DNA of 24,417 bases. Origin: a virus. Lineage: Duplodnaviria; Caudoviricetes. Positions 14,976 to 24,388 of the stretch are shown in pieces (position 1 is the stretch's first letter; each line of letters starts with the position of its first letter). A program made the position numbers and the translations under genes. Under the pieces are notes generated by a model. It did not search any database, was not told the origin of the DNA, and saw only the letters and a program-made list of their open reading frames with translations. The DNA lies in the IMG/VR virus record IMGVR_UViG_3300032233_002931, positions 1 through 24,417 of that record. One strand, written 5' to 3'.

Positions 14976-15939
14976 AACCGCCTAAAGCGATTGCAAGACC
15001 AAGCGATACTCCAGGAGTAATTGTAACCGTAGTGATTCCAGTTGTTGAATTAGAATCTACTCTTAAATTTTGTCCTGTTGTTGTTTTAAAATCAAGAAGT
15101 GAAGTTCCTGTTGTTCCACTAGTGCTAACTTGAGTTCCCTCAGAACCAATACCAATTCTAGTTCCTGTTAACTTTCCACCATCACCATAATAAGTAACAA
15201 TCCCAGTTACTGCCGTAACAATACCAGAAGAAATTTTTACTGAACTTAAAGTGGAAATTCCTGTTACATTTAAGTTAGCAAATGACTGCACTGATGCCGT
15301 ACCAATTCCAGCTTGAATTGCTGCAATTGTTGCATAATCTATTGAACTGATATTTTGCAGTTGTCTATCACTACTAATAACTTGTGTCGATCCAATACTT
15401 AAGTTTTGAGTATTGAGATTTGCAAAAGTACCAATTCCACTATAATAAAGGTTATATCCACTCAGAGTTGTGATTATACCAGTTGCAATAGTTCCTGTAT
15501 TGAATACATACAGATTTGCTGTAGTTACAATTCCACTAACACGAATATATTCGGTTTCGTCAAAGAAAATATCATTAACTCTAACATCACCGGTAAAAAC
15601 TGCATCACCTTTTACATACAATACAGTTTGACCTGTACTTACTGGACCTCTTACGTCCAACAAATATCCTGGATTGGTCGTTCCAATACCAACCCCAGAT
15701 TTGATAGGAGTTGAAACTACACTTAATACTGTTCCAGCTGCTCCAACTCTAAGTTCACTTCTAATTGTCGTGATACCCGTAGAGTAGATATCAGTAACAC
15801 CAATTCCACCCTGAACCTCGAACAAATATGCAGGTCTTGTGGTGCCAATACCGACCCTGCCAGTTTCGGCGTTAGCAAGTAAAAGATCGGTACTAACTTC
15901 TAAACCATTTTTGACAACAAAATTCTTGTTGATTGCCAT
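14974..15939 (-). CDS. tail fibre protein
   Basis: MAINKNFVVKNGLEV N-terminus, VGIGTT.P repeats, GIST/GIVTA repeats, YYGDGGKLTG and C-terminal GVSLGLAIALGG. Confidence 0.82.
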   Translation of the reverse strand: MAINKNFVVKNGLEVSTDLLLANAETGRVGIGTTRPAYLFEVQGGIGVTDIYSTGITTIRSELRVGAAGTVLSVVSTPIKSGVGIGTTNPGYLLDVRGPVSTGQTVLYVKGDAVFTGDVRVNDIFFDETEYIRVSGIVTTANLYVFNTGTIATGIITTLSGYNLYYSGIGTFANLNTQNLSIGSTQVISSDRQLQNISSIDYATIAAIQAGIGTASVQSFANLNVTGISTLSSVKISSGIVTAVTGIVTYYGDGGKLTGTRIGIGSEGTQVSTSGTTGTSLLDFKTTTGQNLRVDSNSTTGITTVTITPGVSLGLAIALGG

Positions 15940-15971
15940 TAGGGTTCACTCTCCCCCGTGCTTATTTTATC

Positions 15972-15979
15972 TATTTATC
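15972..15979 (-). promoter_or_regulatory. T4-type late promoter (GATAAATA)
   Basis: Intergenic, followed by the G-rich leader AAGCACGGGGGAGAGTGAACCCTA-ATG. Confidence 0.7.
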
Positions 15980-15982
15980 TTA

Positions 15983-18442
15983 TTATGCACTTCGGATAAT
16001 AACTCTGGCAGTACCGGGGTTTCCTCCTTGCTGCGTGGAGAGAACTTGCACTGAACCATCATAATATCCACTACCTCCTCCTCCGCCCCCGCCGCCGTTA
16101 CCACCATTGCCTCCAGTTGCTCCAGCACCGCCATTGCCGCCACCACTAAGTCCACCACCAGCTGTATTACGAATACCGTATCCAGATTTAAATCCTCTAT
16201 CAATATAAGCACTATTGGTAACTAAATTGCCATTTGCTCTCCAAAGTTGCTGCACTCCAACATCTTGACAAGGGCTATATCCCCTTCCATACCAATATCC
16301 TTTAGGGCAAGGAATAACTCTTCCGCCCAATGGATATGGTGCTGTACTGTCACCAGGATATAATCCTGTTAATCCAGTAGCAAGAGATCCAAATACTCCA
16401 TCTGATGGCAATGAACCTGGGGAGAATACACTTCCACCATTACCTGCTCCTCTACCAGATCCACTTGCTCCAGAAACATTGACACCGCCACCATTTCCAC
16501 CATTACCACCATTTCCTGCAGAACCTCCACCACCAACACATATAATCAATCTACTTTTTCTGTATATGAAGACGCCACCTGTTCCAGTACTCTGTGGCAA
16601 AGATGTGATTATATATTCCTCATTTCTTCTTAATGTAGTTCTAATGACAGATACTCCACCTTCTCCACCTCTGTATCCAGAACCATCTACACCTTTTTGT
16701 CCGTAAATTTCCATGATAACATCAATATCTTTTTCTGCTGCATAGAAACAAGTTAATCGTGCAGGATAGTCTCCTGCAGCAAGTGTATAATTATTATCAA
16801 AAAGGTTGACTGTTGCAAATGCATCTGCTCCTCCAGACCCACCTTCATTTGCATACTCAACATTAATTATTTTTCTTGCCGAAACAATATTATAATCTAC
16901 AGGGTTGCTATAAATTGGAGAATTATTTGCTGCTGGATGAGAAACTTTTGCTTGAATTTTATTCGCACTAAGTAGAGAAAATTTAAAATCTCTGACATGA
17001 GTATCAATCGTCGAAACTGCCCCAGCATAAGTCCTATTAGTACCACTCCAAGATGCACTAGAACTATCAACATTTATTCCGGTTGTCATCTGGTTGTCAG
17101 GGAACCTTGCATCGATGACTAAAGTAAGAGGTTCTAATGTAGAAAGTGGACCAAAATTTAAGTCCATATCATAACGAGCACCAGATCCAGTTGCTGTAGA
17201 ATTACTTGTTGCAACGGTTGTTCCGTTTGGAAGAACTGCTCTAATTCTAAAATCAACTGTTTTGTTTGGACTATACTCTCTCATCCTCCCAGTAATACTA
17301 AATGTTCCTGAATAGTTTATTCCAGTTGCAATTGCCTTTTGCTGAACCCAAGTTGAAGGTGATGACGTATTAATACTCAATCCACCAAATAGATTGCTTT
17401 GGGATCCTGATGATGAAGTGTCAGTTGGAGATCCTGAACTTGGTGGCCAAACATAAAGTAAACATTCTCCGGGTGTACTGCATACAAATTCACCAGAACG
17501 ATAGAACCAAATCTTAAATCCATTACTTCTTTTTGAAATTGCACCAACACCAATTCCAGTATCATAAGTTCCTGCAGCAGTATATGCACTTATATTAGTG
17601 ACTTCTACATCATAATTAGTAGTTCCAATATCCGATTGGAACGTTATATCATAATGCCTTCTATTATCATTATTCAGTGTTGTTCCTGGATCAAGTCCAT
17701 TGGCAGTAGCGCCACCTGGGTTTCTTGCAGATCCACTTGCTGCATAATCTCCAGTATTTGTAATAGTAAATGCAGTTGTCGTATTGGATGAAATTTCGTG
17801 ATGAACTGATGCATCATATCTTGCAGGAAGAGAAATTGTAAGTTGATTTGTATTGGAATTTAAAACATTCGCAGAATTTGTTAATATGCCTCCATTCAAC
17901 AACCAATTATATGACAAAGAACTATCAGATGAGTCTGATGTTGTTGCAGTTACGTTAAAAGTTGCTGACCTAGTTCCAGAAACTGTTTGTGGAAGTGGTT
18001 GACTTGATATTGCAAGAGTTGGATATATTGCTAATGTAACAATATCAGAATCTAACGTATCATTAACTGCATTTCCTGTAGATCTTGCGGTGCCAACTGT
18101 AATGGGATTTTGTCCGTATGCAGACGCTACATAATCAGCTCTCAGAAAGAACTGGCGACCATTATCATTTGGACTTCTTAATCCACTTATAGTTAGAGTT
18201 GTACTTGTGGCACCAGAAATTGTTGAACTATTTGATAATGCACCTACTCCAACTTCATGCCATTGATATGAGATGTAACCAGTATTTGATGCGGGATTTG
18301 CTGGTGTTTGTGTTGGAAATGTCGCGGTTGCAACTCCAGTAAACCTTGCATTATCATTAGTGCTCGTTAATATGCCAACAGGTTGAGTTGTAAATGATAA
18401 AATCGGACCATTTAAATCTAAAGTAGTTTGTTTGCTTAACAT
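15983..18442 (-). CDS. virion protein with Ig-like domains and C-terminal glycine-rich domain
   Basis: Two Ig-type signatures (FTTQP...ISYQW...GAT..TLTI and ISSQP...ATFNVTAT...LSYNW...LTI). C-terminal IYG.KG..G..GG.GG, ICVGGGG.AG and GGGGGGGSGY. SD AGGAG. Confidence 0.8.
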   Translation of the reverse strand: MLSKQTTLDLNGPILSFTTQPVGILTSTNDNARFTGVATATFPTQTPANPASNTGYISYQWHEVGVGALSNSSTISGATSTTLTISGLRSPNDNGRQFFLRADYVASAYGQNPITVGTARSTGNAVNDTLDSDIVTLAIYPTLAISSQPLPQTVSGTRSATFNVTATTSDSSDSSLSYNWLLNGGILTNSANVLNSNTNQLTISLPARYDASVHHEISSNTTTAFTITNTGDYAASGSARNPGGATANGLDPGTTLNNDNRRHYDITFQSDIGTTNYDVEVTNISAYTAAGTYDTGIGVGAISKRSNGFKIWFYRSGEFVCSTPGECLLYVWPPSSGSPTDTSSSGSQSNLFGGLSINTSSPSTWVQQKAIATGINYSGTFSITGRMREYSPNKTVDFRIRAVLPNGTTVATSNSTATGSGARYDMDLNFGPLSTLEPLTLVIDARFPDNQMTTGINVDSSSASWSGTNRTYAGAVSTIDTHVRDFKFSLLSANKIQAKVSHPAANNSPIYSNPVDYNIVSARKIINVEYANEGGSGGADAFATVNLFDNNYTLAAGDYPARLTCFYAAEKDIDVIMEIYGQKGVDGSGYRGGEGGVSVIRTTLRRNEEYIITSLPQSTGTGGVFIYRKSRLIICVGGGGSAGNGGNGGNGGGVNVSGASGSGRGAGNGGSVFSPGSLPSDGVFGSLATGLTGLYPGDSTAPYPLGGRVIPCPKGYWYGRGYSPCQDVGVQQLWRANGNLVTNSAYIDRGFKSGYGIRNTAGGGLSGGGNGGAGATGGNGGNGGGGGGGGSGYYDGSVQVLSTQQGGNPGTARVIIRSA

Positions 18443-18453
18443 TTTAGACTCCT

Positions 18454-21400
18454 TTAGTTAAAGTTTTGTCCGATAACTACGCCATACCAACTCAAACCAC
18501 CATCAAATGTCTTGAAGGAATAGATATCTGATCTATTTGCAGTTGTCGTTACGATTGGTAAGACACCTCCACCAGGCCAGTATACAGGAATGGAAGTTCC
18601 AGCAGATCTTCTAAAGTCGTCAATATCTACTGCATATCCACCACTCGCATTTTGAGTGATCTTAATGGTGAATGAACTTGAATCGGATGGTGGATTGATA
18701 ATTGTAAATTGATTGACTGCTTCCGTCAAAGTTAAATTAAATGTCTGTGCCCTCGATAGATCTATTGTAACAATATTGGAAGTACTTGAAAGTGCTTCTA
18801 CATTTTCAGCGTAAGTCTTAAATCTTGTATGTCCCTCAATGTCAAGTTTTGCCCTTGGAGAAAGTGTACCAATACCGACTGATGGACCACTGGTTGTAAT
18901 AGTAGTTCCGCCACTACCAACTGATAAAGTAATCGCAGTAACAATACCTGCAGTGATTTTGCCTGATGTTGCCTGCAAATCGAATGCAGTTGCAGTCAGC
19001 ATTCCGCTTACAAATGCATTATTCGCAATGAGGATATTGGCAAATCTTGCTTCGCCATTCACATAAAGACTTGTTGAAGAAGAACCAACAGCACCAACTT
19101 CAAGGTTAAATCTTGGAACTGATGTACCAATACCAACACGATTCAATGAAGTATTATAGATGCCACCCGAAATATTCGTCCAACCAGTTGAACTAGCATT
19201 CAGATTTGTTAGATAGCTACCGTCTCCATAGAAATATGTGGCAGTAAGCGCACCAGAAACATTAGTATTTCCATTAACAAACAGTCTATATCCCTGAGTG
19301 TTTGCTGTTGAGATTCCAATGCTGCTACTATTTACATCAAAAATGTTATTAATCTTTAGTAGACTGTTTCCAGGTGTTGTTGTGCCAATACCAATATTAT
19401 CAAATGTATTAATGTTTGCAGTTGCTGCTAAACCTACATTTCCAAAACGATACCAACCATTATCAGTTGTATAAACCCATCCAAGATAATTGCCTTTGGT
19501 GGGGTTATCATAATAGACTACATCTCCTGGGTTTCCTGCAATAACTGGAGTTGAAATACCTACAGTATATCTTCTAGAAACAACTGTATCACCTTGCAAG
19601 AAGAGTGAGCTTGCTTCAATACCCTTAGATGATGTCGATGTCAACTTATTATTAACAATAATAGGTCCATTGAATTCTGAAATTGATTTATTTCCTGGAC
19701 CACCATTTACTTTAATTGATCTTTCAAATATACCTTCAGTTGAAGAATTAACATTAATTGCAGATGAATTACCAATATCATCTCCTGTTATAGTTTGTAC
19801 GGGGGTATCATATATTTCTTCTTGACCGGTAACACTGCTTATTTTTTTATTACCAGAGAAAGATGCTCCCCTATCATTCATACCAGTATAGAAGTTAATT
19901 CCACCATTTCTTCTTGTTGATTGCGAAAGCAACTCTTCTATTGGGGAAATCTGACGATCCTGTTTATCTGGGAATGCAGTTGAATAATTGCCAGGACCAA
20001 AACCAAGATATTCAAATGTGTGTCCTGATGCACGAATGATAGAATGTCTTCTAAGTTCTACTGGTTTTACATCAATTTTTCTTACAGTTGAGTTGATGTC
20101 ATGGAAAGATGCTTTTGTTCCACCAACTCCACGGAAAACATAAATTGGATTTGATGGGGTAGATGCAATTGTAGTTTTAATTCTTACAATTTCATCATCA
20201 ATTTGCAAGTAATCGCCAATACTTAAGTCTAGATTTTGAATATTTAAAATATTAACTTCATCTGTTGTTGGGTTTGAAATAATTGCAGAAAGAGTGGTTG
20301 TAATTCCAGCATAAGTTGGAACCATTCTTCCAGCAATATTTTCAGTTTCAACTGTAATTGGATTCAAATTACCTGCATTGGATGCAATACCTTCACGATA
20401 TGCATATAAAATTCCAGTTGCTGCTGGTGAGATTGACCCTATTCCAATATTAAGAGTAAATGTAGTAGCATTGCGATCTTCTACTACTACAAAACTTCCG
20501 TTATAAAGACTTTCATTTGCACCAACAATACGAATCTTATTATAAGGTCTTAAACCATGACTTCCTGATGTTGTAACATCTGCAATACCAGTTACATTAT
20601 TGTAACTTAAGGTATTGATCTTAATCTCTTTACCTGTCAGATAAGCAAATGAATTTAAAGTTGATGTATATCCAATACCTGTTGCTTGACCTTGAGTAAT
20701 TGGAGAAACTGATGAAACTGCAAAACTATTAGCGGCGCCCACTTTAACATCATCGATTCTATAGAGATCATTAAATCCCTTAAGTGATTCTGAATTAATT
20801 CCAGAAACTCTGAGAGTATCGCCAACGTTGGAGTAAATTTGATTTACGGTTACAACTGCTTGGGAGAATCCTGTAGTTACTGCAACGCCTACGACAGCTA
20901 AAGTATTGCCAATTCCATAGGCACTACCACCATCCATAATCTTAACACTGGTGATATTTCCCAATGCATTTACAGTTAGTTTTGCGGTTGCATGTTTGCC
21001 GGTAACTGAAGTGCCGATGCCAACCAAACGAGCGTTGAAGAGTTCTCCGCCAGCACCAGAACCATAACCAGCACCACTATTAGCAATACTTACATTAACA
21101 ATTCTATTCAGTCCATGATCTATAGATGAGTAAATTGTATGTGAGGTTGAACTATTAGAATAGATGTTAGTTAATGCAAATCCAACATCAGAATCTCTCA
21201 TTACCTTAGAAATAGTTTCTTTTGTGATGCTCCTACGGACATCATCAATAACTACCTCACCGATTGTCGATGATGATGCAAATGAGAATGCTTCTTCTGG
21301 ATCTGCATTTGGATTGTCTTTATCTGTTTGTGGGTAAAGTTCTTTAACAGGTTGAGAATATTTTTCGTTAGTAAATGGAGCAACTGATGGACTATTTGAT

Positions 21401-24285
21401 GCATTGAGAACTGTTAGATAGTAAATACCATCTTGCTGTCCTCCAACATATGTTTGTATCTCTTCATTTTTTAAGATGTAATAAGTATTATTAAATCTTT
21501 TTCTGCTGAAGTGTGGAAGAGAAATAGTTCTTGATGAGGTATCATTAGTAAATGAACCTGGATCAGTTGAGATTCCAACTGTAAATCTCTTGGCGCTGCT
21601 GATACCTACAACACTGTATATTCCATTATAACCAGAATTTTCTGCACCAGAGGTATTATTAGAACTCTTAACATTCTTTAATTCTACTTCACAACCAACA
21701 GATAGGTTATGAGGAAGTTCTGTAGAAATATTTGCAAGATTCCCAGACCAATCTGCCCCTGCAATAAATCTAAAGTTTCTTTGTTGATTTACATTGCCGA
21801 TTGAACCTGTTCCAAAATAAGTTTGGATTTCGGCATTGGTTTCACCAGTCGAATTATTAGATTCTTGAATAATAAATCCATCACTAGGAGGTCTTGCATA
21901 TGCTCCACCTGTAGACGATGGGATTACATATCTTAAACGATAAATTCTATCAGTTGACTTTCTATCATCTTGTTTACGAGTAATAAAAGTTCTTGGTGTT
22001 GCAGATCCCAGAACAGAAGTTCCAAGTGAAGTTATAGTGGAGTAAATTGAATTCTCTGATGATGCAGAAGAAACTTTGACATACCATTGAGAATTGAATG
22101 CATCGTATTGAATGGGATGGCCTATATCCCCAGAATTTTTATCTGATACTCTACTTACAACTTTTAAAGACCCACCTTTACTGTTAATTGTTAACTCAGA
22201 TCCATAATTGGCATCATTTTGAGTTTTTGCAAGTTTAATATCACTAGTAGTTGTAAGACCACTATTGCCATTTGCATTTGTGATTGCATAGTATACTGTA
22301 TTTGGCAATAATCCATCAGGAAGTTGTCCCGAATCACTGACGACTCTTACTGTTTCTCCGTTATAGAAAGTGTGTGACTGGTTTAATGTAATGATATTGC
22401 TAGTAATGCTATTGATGCCTGCGCTTCTTCCAACAGAAAATGATTTCTGAGAACTAGACTGAGAACCTGGCATTACAACTCTTGAACTATATTGAGAAAC
22501 TGTTCCCCCTATAGAAATAAGAACATTGAGTTGCTCGTTATTTTTTGCACCAAGTCTATAACCCTCAAGCACATTTTCTGGTGCCACATCAGAGTTTGTT
22601 GCATTATAAATGTATAGATTGCCTGTTGACCCTACTCCTACTGTTTTGCTTACATCAATTGAAGTAAATTCAATTGCAGTCTCTGTGTTTGAAATTTCTT
22701 TCGGTGGAATAATATGGGTTACATATCCAATGTCATCTTGACGAAAAGCGTCTCTTCTAAATCCATCAGAAACTAAAGATTTTGCGCCAAAGTTGGAGTT
22801 TGAATTGGTAATAGATGCATCACCACCACTTTCAGATACAAAATGCTCTGCATAACCAATAGCAAAGATGGATACGTTCTGTACGAAAGCATCGTTAATT
22901 GCTTTAATGTGGAAGTTTCTATACGTTGGTTTGTATAGAGATCTTGAATTTGTACTTAATGTCTCGTTTCCTGGAATGCTACTATCCTGATATGTTCCAC
23001 TGTCTGGGTTGTATAAGACAAAAGCATTATCATCCTTTTGAAGACCAATGCCAGTGAACTGTGCGATAACCATTGATTTGAATCCAGATGCTTTGGATCC
23101 ATCAGCAAGAACTCCACACATACCATAAACAGATCTCAAGCTGAGGTTAAAGATGTATGGAGATGCCGAAGTAACTGTATCTGAAGTTAAGGATAGTGTT
23201 GCCCCAGTAACAGACGGGAGAGCAATTGATGGAGAATTTTGAACTTGATAAACAATTTGATTGTCACTTAGTTTTTCAGCAACAGTAAACTGTCCGTTAT
23301 ATCCAAATGCGGTAATTCCAGAAATTCTGAAAGGAGTGTCTACATCAAGTCCAGGAACAGTCTCAGTTGTTGTTACTGTAATTGAACTGGTCGATAGAAC
23401 ACCATTTCCTGCTCTAATGCTAGAAATTCCAATAGATTGACCCGTAGATCCTACGATACGGTATTCATCAACCTTTGATTCAATATCTAATCCTGGGTTT
23501 GGATAATCTGGTTCAATTGGGCGTCCAGAAGATTGACCGTAAACAATACTAATTTTTTCATAATACATATCAAGATCTGTACGATCTGTAGTGTAATTGA
23601 TAAATTGGTCTTTAATATTTACGCTGTTTACTCCATCAGCATATTCGAAACAAGTCAGTTTATGATGAGAGAAGTTTGGAACAAATAAGTTAGAAGTATA
23701 ATCAATGTAAGTCTTTCCATTTGGATCAGAATCAAAAATAGAAAACTGCCAGAAATAGCATCCACCAGTTACGCGGAAAATTGCAGATCTTCCAATATTA
23801 TCGTTAGTTGGATTGGGAACATACTTTGGACGAATTTTGGTCTTACGAAGGTCTAAACCAACAATTGAAGTTCCGCGAGGAACAATAACTCCACCATGAA
23901 TACTGTTTAGGGGGAACAGTGCATTGTCTGTAGTTGTTAAGTCAAAATTAGTAGTCAGATCATAAGGTACGAGATCTGTACTTGTAGAACCATTTCTTAA
24001 TTTTGATGCACCAGCACCATCTGGAATCCATCCTGGACGATTATCAACAATATGGTCTCCAGGATATAGAAGAATTGTTGTTTTGGCAAATCTATCGTTA
24101 TTAAGTCCTTTTTGATAAGAAAATCTTGATGCCTCGATCAGTGCCCTTTGAATAGTTTTAAATGGGCGAGTCAGTGAGTTTCCCTGATTTTCTATACTAT
24201 CTGTAGCATCCAAATCATTAGGATTAACATAGAGAATAGTACCTCTGGCTGACTTCAAAAAATTATCTAATCTGGAGAGACCCAT
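18454..24285 (-). CDS. very large virion structural / tail-fibre-like protein (1943 aa)
   Basis: N-terminal LYVNPNDLDATD...G.S..RPFKTIQRAL motif and probable beta-helix segments. Repeated H(G/N/T)L..G..V.I.G....YNG.(F/Y).V beta-domains, GAGY..G / GG.AY..G repeats, VGIGT..P shaft repeats and the shared C-terminal domain. Confidence 0.85.
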   Translation of the reverse strand: MGLSRLDNFLKSARGTILYVNPNDLDATDSIENQGNSLTRPFKTIQRALIEASRFSYQKGLNNDRFAKTTILLYPGDHIVDNRPGWIPDGAGASKLRNGSTSTDLVPYDLTTNFDLTTTDNALFPLNSIHGGVIVPRGTSIVGLDLRKTKIRPKYVPNPTNDNIGRSAIFRVTGGCYFWQFSIFDSDPNGKTYIDYTSNLFVPNFSHHKLTCFEYADGVNSVNIKDQFINYTTDRTDLDMYYEKISIVYGQSSGRPIEPDYPNPGLDIESKVDEYRIVGSTGQSIGISSIRAGNGVLSTSSITVTTTETVPGLDVDTPFRISGITAFGYNGQFTVAEKLSDNQIVYQVQNSPSIALPSVTGATLSLTSDTVTSASPYIFNLSLRSVYGMCGVLADGSKASGFKSMVIAQFTGIGLQKDDNAFVLYNPDSGTYQDSSIPGNETLSTNSRSLYKPTYRNFHIKAINDAFVQNVSIFAIGYAEHFVSESGGDASITNSNSNFGAKSLVSDGFRRDAFRQDDIGYVTHIIPPKEISNTETAIEFTSIDVSKTVGVGSTGNLYIYNATNSDVAPENVLEGYRLGAKNNEQLNVLISIGGTVSQYSSRVVMPGSQSSSQKSFSVGRSAGINSITSNIITLNQSHTFYNGETVRVVSDSGQLPDGLLPNTVYYAITNANGNSGLTTTSDIKLAKTQNDANYGSELTINSKGGSLKVVSRVSDKNSGDIGHPIQYDAFNSQWYVKVSSASSENSIYSTITSLGTSVLGSATPRTFITRKQDDRKSTDRIYRLRYVIPSSTGGAYARPPSDGFIIQESNNSTGETNAEIQTYFGTGSIGNVNQQRNFRFIAGADWSGNLANISTELPHNLSVGCEVELKNVKSSNNTSGAENSGYNGIYSVVGISSAKRFTVGISTDPGSFTNDTSSRTISLPHFSRKRFNNTYYILKNEEIQTYVGGQQDGIYYLTVLNASNSPSVAPFTNEKYSQPVKELYPQTDKDNPNADPEEAFSFASSSTIGEVVIDDVRRSITKETISKVMRDSDVGFALTNIYSNSSTSHTIYSSIDHGLNRIVNVSIANSGAGYGSGAGGELFNARLVGIGTSVTGKHATAKLTVNALGNITSVKIMDGGSAYGIGNTLAVVGVAVTTGFSQAVVTVNQIYSNVGDTLRVSGINSESLKGFNDLYRIDDVKVGAANSFAVSSVSPITQGQATGIGYTSTLNSFAYLTGKEIKINTLSYNNVTGIADVTTSGSHGLRPYNKIRIVGANESLYNGSFVVVEDRNATTFTLNIGIGSISPAATGILYAYREGIASNAGNLNPITVETENIAGRMVPTYAGITTTLSAIISNPTTDEVNILNIQNLDLSIGDYLQIDDEIVRIKTTIASTPSNPIYVFRGVGGTKASFHDINSTVRKIDVKPVELRRHSIIRASGHTFEYLGFGPGNYSTAFPDKQDRQISPIEELLSQSTRRNGGINFYTGMNDRGASFSGNKKISSVTGQEEIYDTPVQTITGDDIGNSSAINVNSSTEGIFERSIKVNGGPGNKSISEFNGPIIVNNKLTSTSSKGIEASSLFLQGDTVVSRRYTVGISTPVIAGNPGDVVYYDNPTKGNYLGWVYTTDNGWYRFGNVGLAATANINTFDNIGIGTTTPGNSLLKINNIFDVNSSSIGISTANTQGYRLFVNGNTNVSGALTATYFYGDGSYLTNLNASSTGWTNISGGIYNTSLNRVGIGTSVPRFNLEVGAVGSSSTSLYVNGEARFANILIANNAFVSGMLTATAFDLQATSGKITAGIVTAITLSVGSGGTTITTSGPSVGIGTLSPRAKLDIEGHTRFKTYAENVEALSSTSNIVTIDLSRAQTFNLTLTEAVNQFTIINPPSDSSSFTIKITQNASGGYAVDIDDFRRSAGTSIPVYWPGGGVLPIVTTTANRSDIYSFKTFDGGLSWYGVVIGQNFN

Positions 24286-24316
24286 CTTATTAACACTTAT
24301 AGTTTCCGTTATGGAT

Positions 24317-24324
24317 TATTTATC
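24317..24324 (-). promoter_or_regulatory. T4-type late promoter (GATAAATA)
   Basis: Lies between the terminator and the ATG at 24285 (31 nt upstream). Confidence 0.72.
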
Positions 24325-24327
24325 ATA

Positions 24328-24351
24328 CAACAAAACCTCCCGAAGGAGGTT
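24328..24351 (-). terminator. rho-independent terminator with C(UUCG)G tetraloop
   Basis: Minus strand AACCTCC-TTCG-GGAGGTT followed by TTGTTG. A 7-bp stem with the extra-stable UUCG loop typical of T4-like phages. Confidence 0.85.
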
Positions 24352-24388
24352 ATGAAGCACACGGAAGGGGTTTGGTCAGTATCGCCAC
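24330..24388 (-). ncRNA. candidate ~60-nt small RNA
   Basis: Extended -10 TGgTAATAT (24401-24393), then a stretch with no plausible ORF containing CCCCTTCCGTGTG, ending in the UUCG terminator. The -35 region falls at or beyond the window edge. Confidence 0.4.

Noticed and set aside
3839-17589. Alternative-frame minus-strand ORFs rich in V/E/L/D (3839..4156, 9803..10084, 10476..10814, 11404..11601, 15967..16212, 17377..17589)
   Set aside because: They are out-of-frame readings of GGT/GGA runs in Gly-rich genes. I saw no slippery site or other sign of programmed frameshifting.
2913-19066. Other short plus-strand ORFs (e.g. 4303..4527, 6448..6678, 10730..10924, 13930..14247, 16479..16706, 18839..19066)
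   Set aside because: They lie inside long minus-strand genes. Their Pro/Val/Thr richness is the reverse complement of Gly/Thr/Asn codons.
3720-24285. Assigning T4 gene symbols (gp12, gp34, gp37, gp38)
   Set aside because: Only domain-level analogy is visible. Orthology cannot be established without searches.
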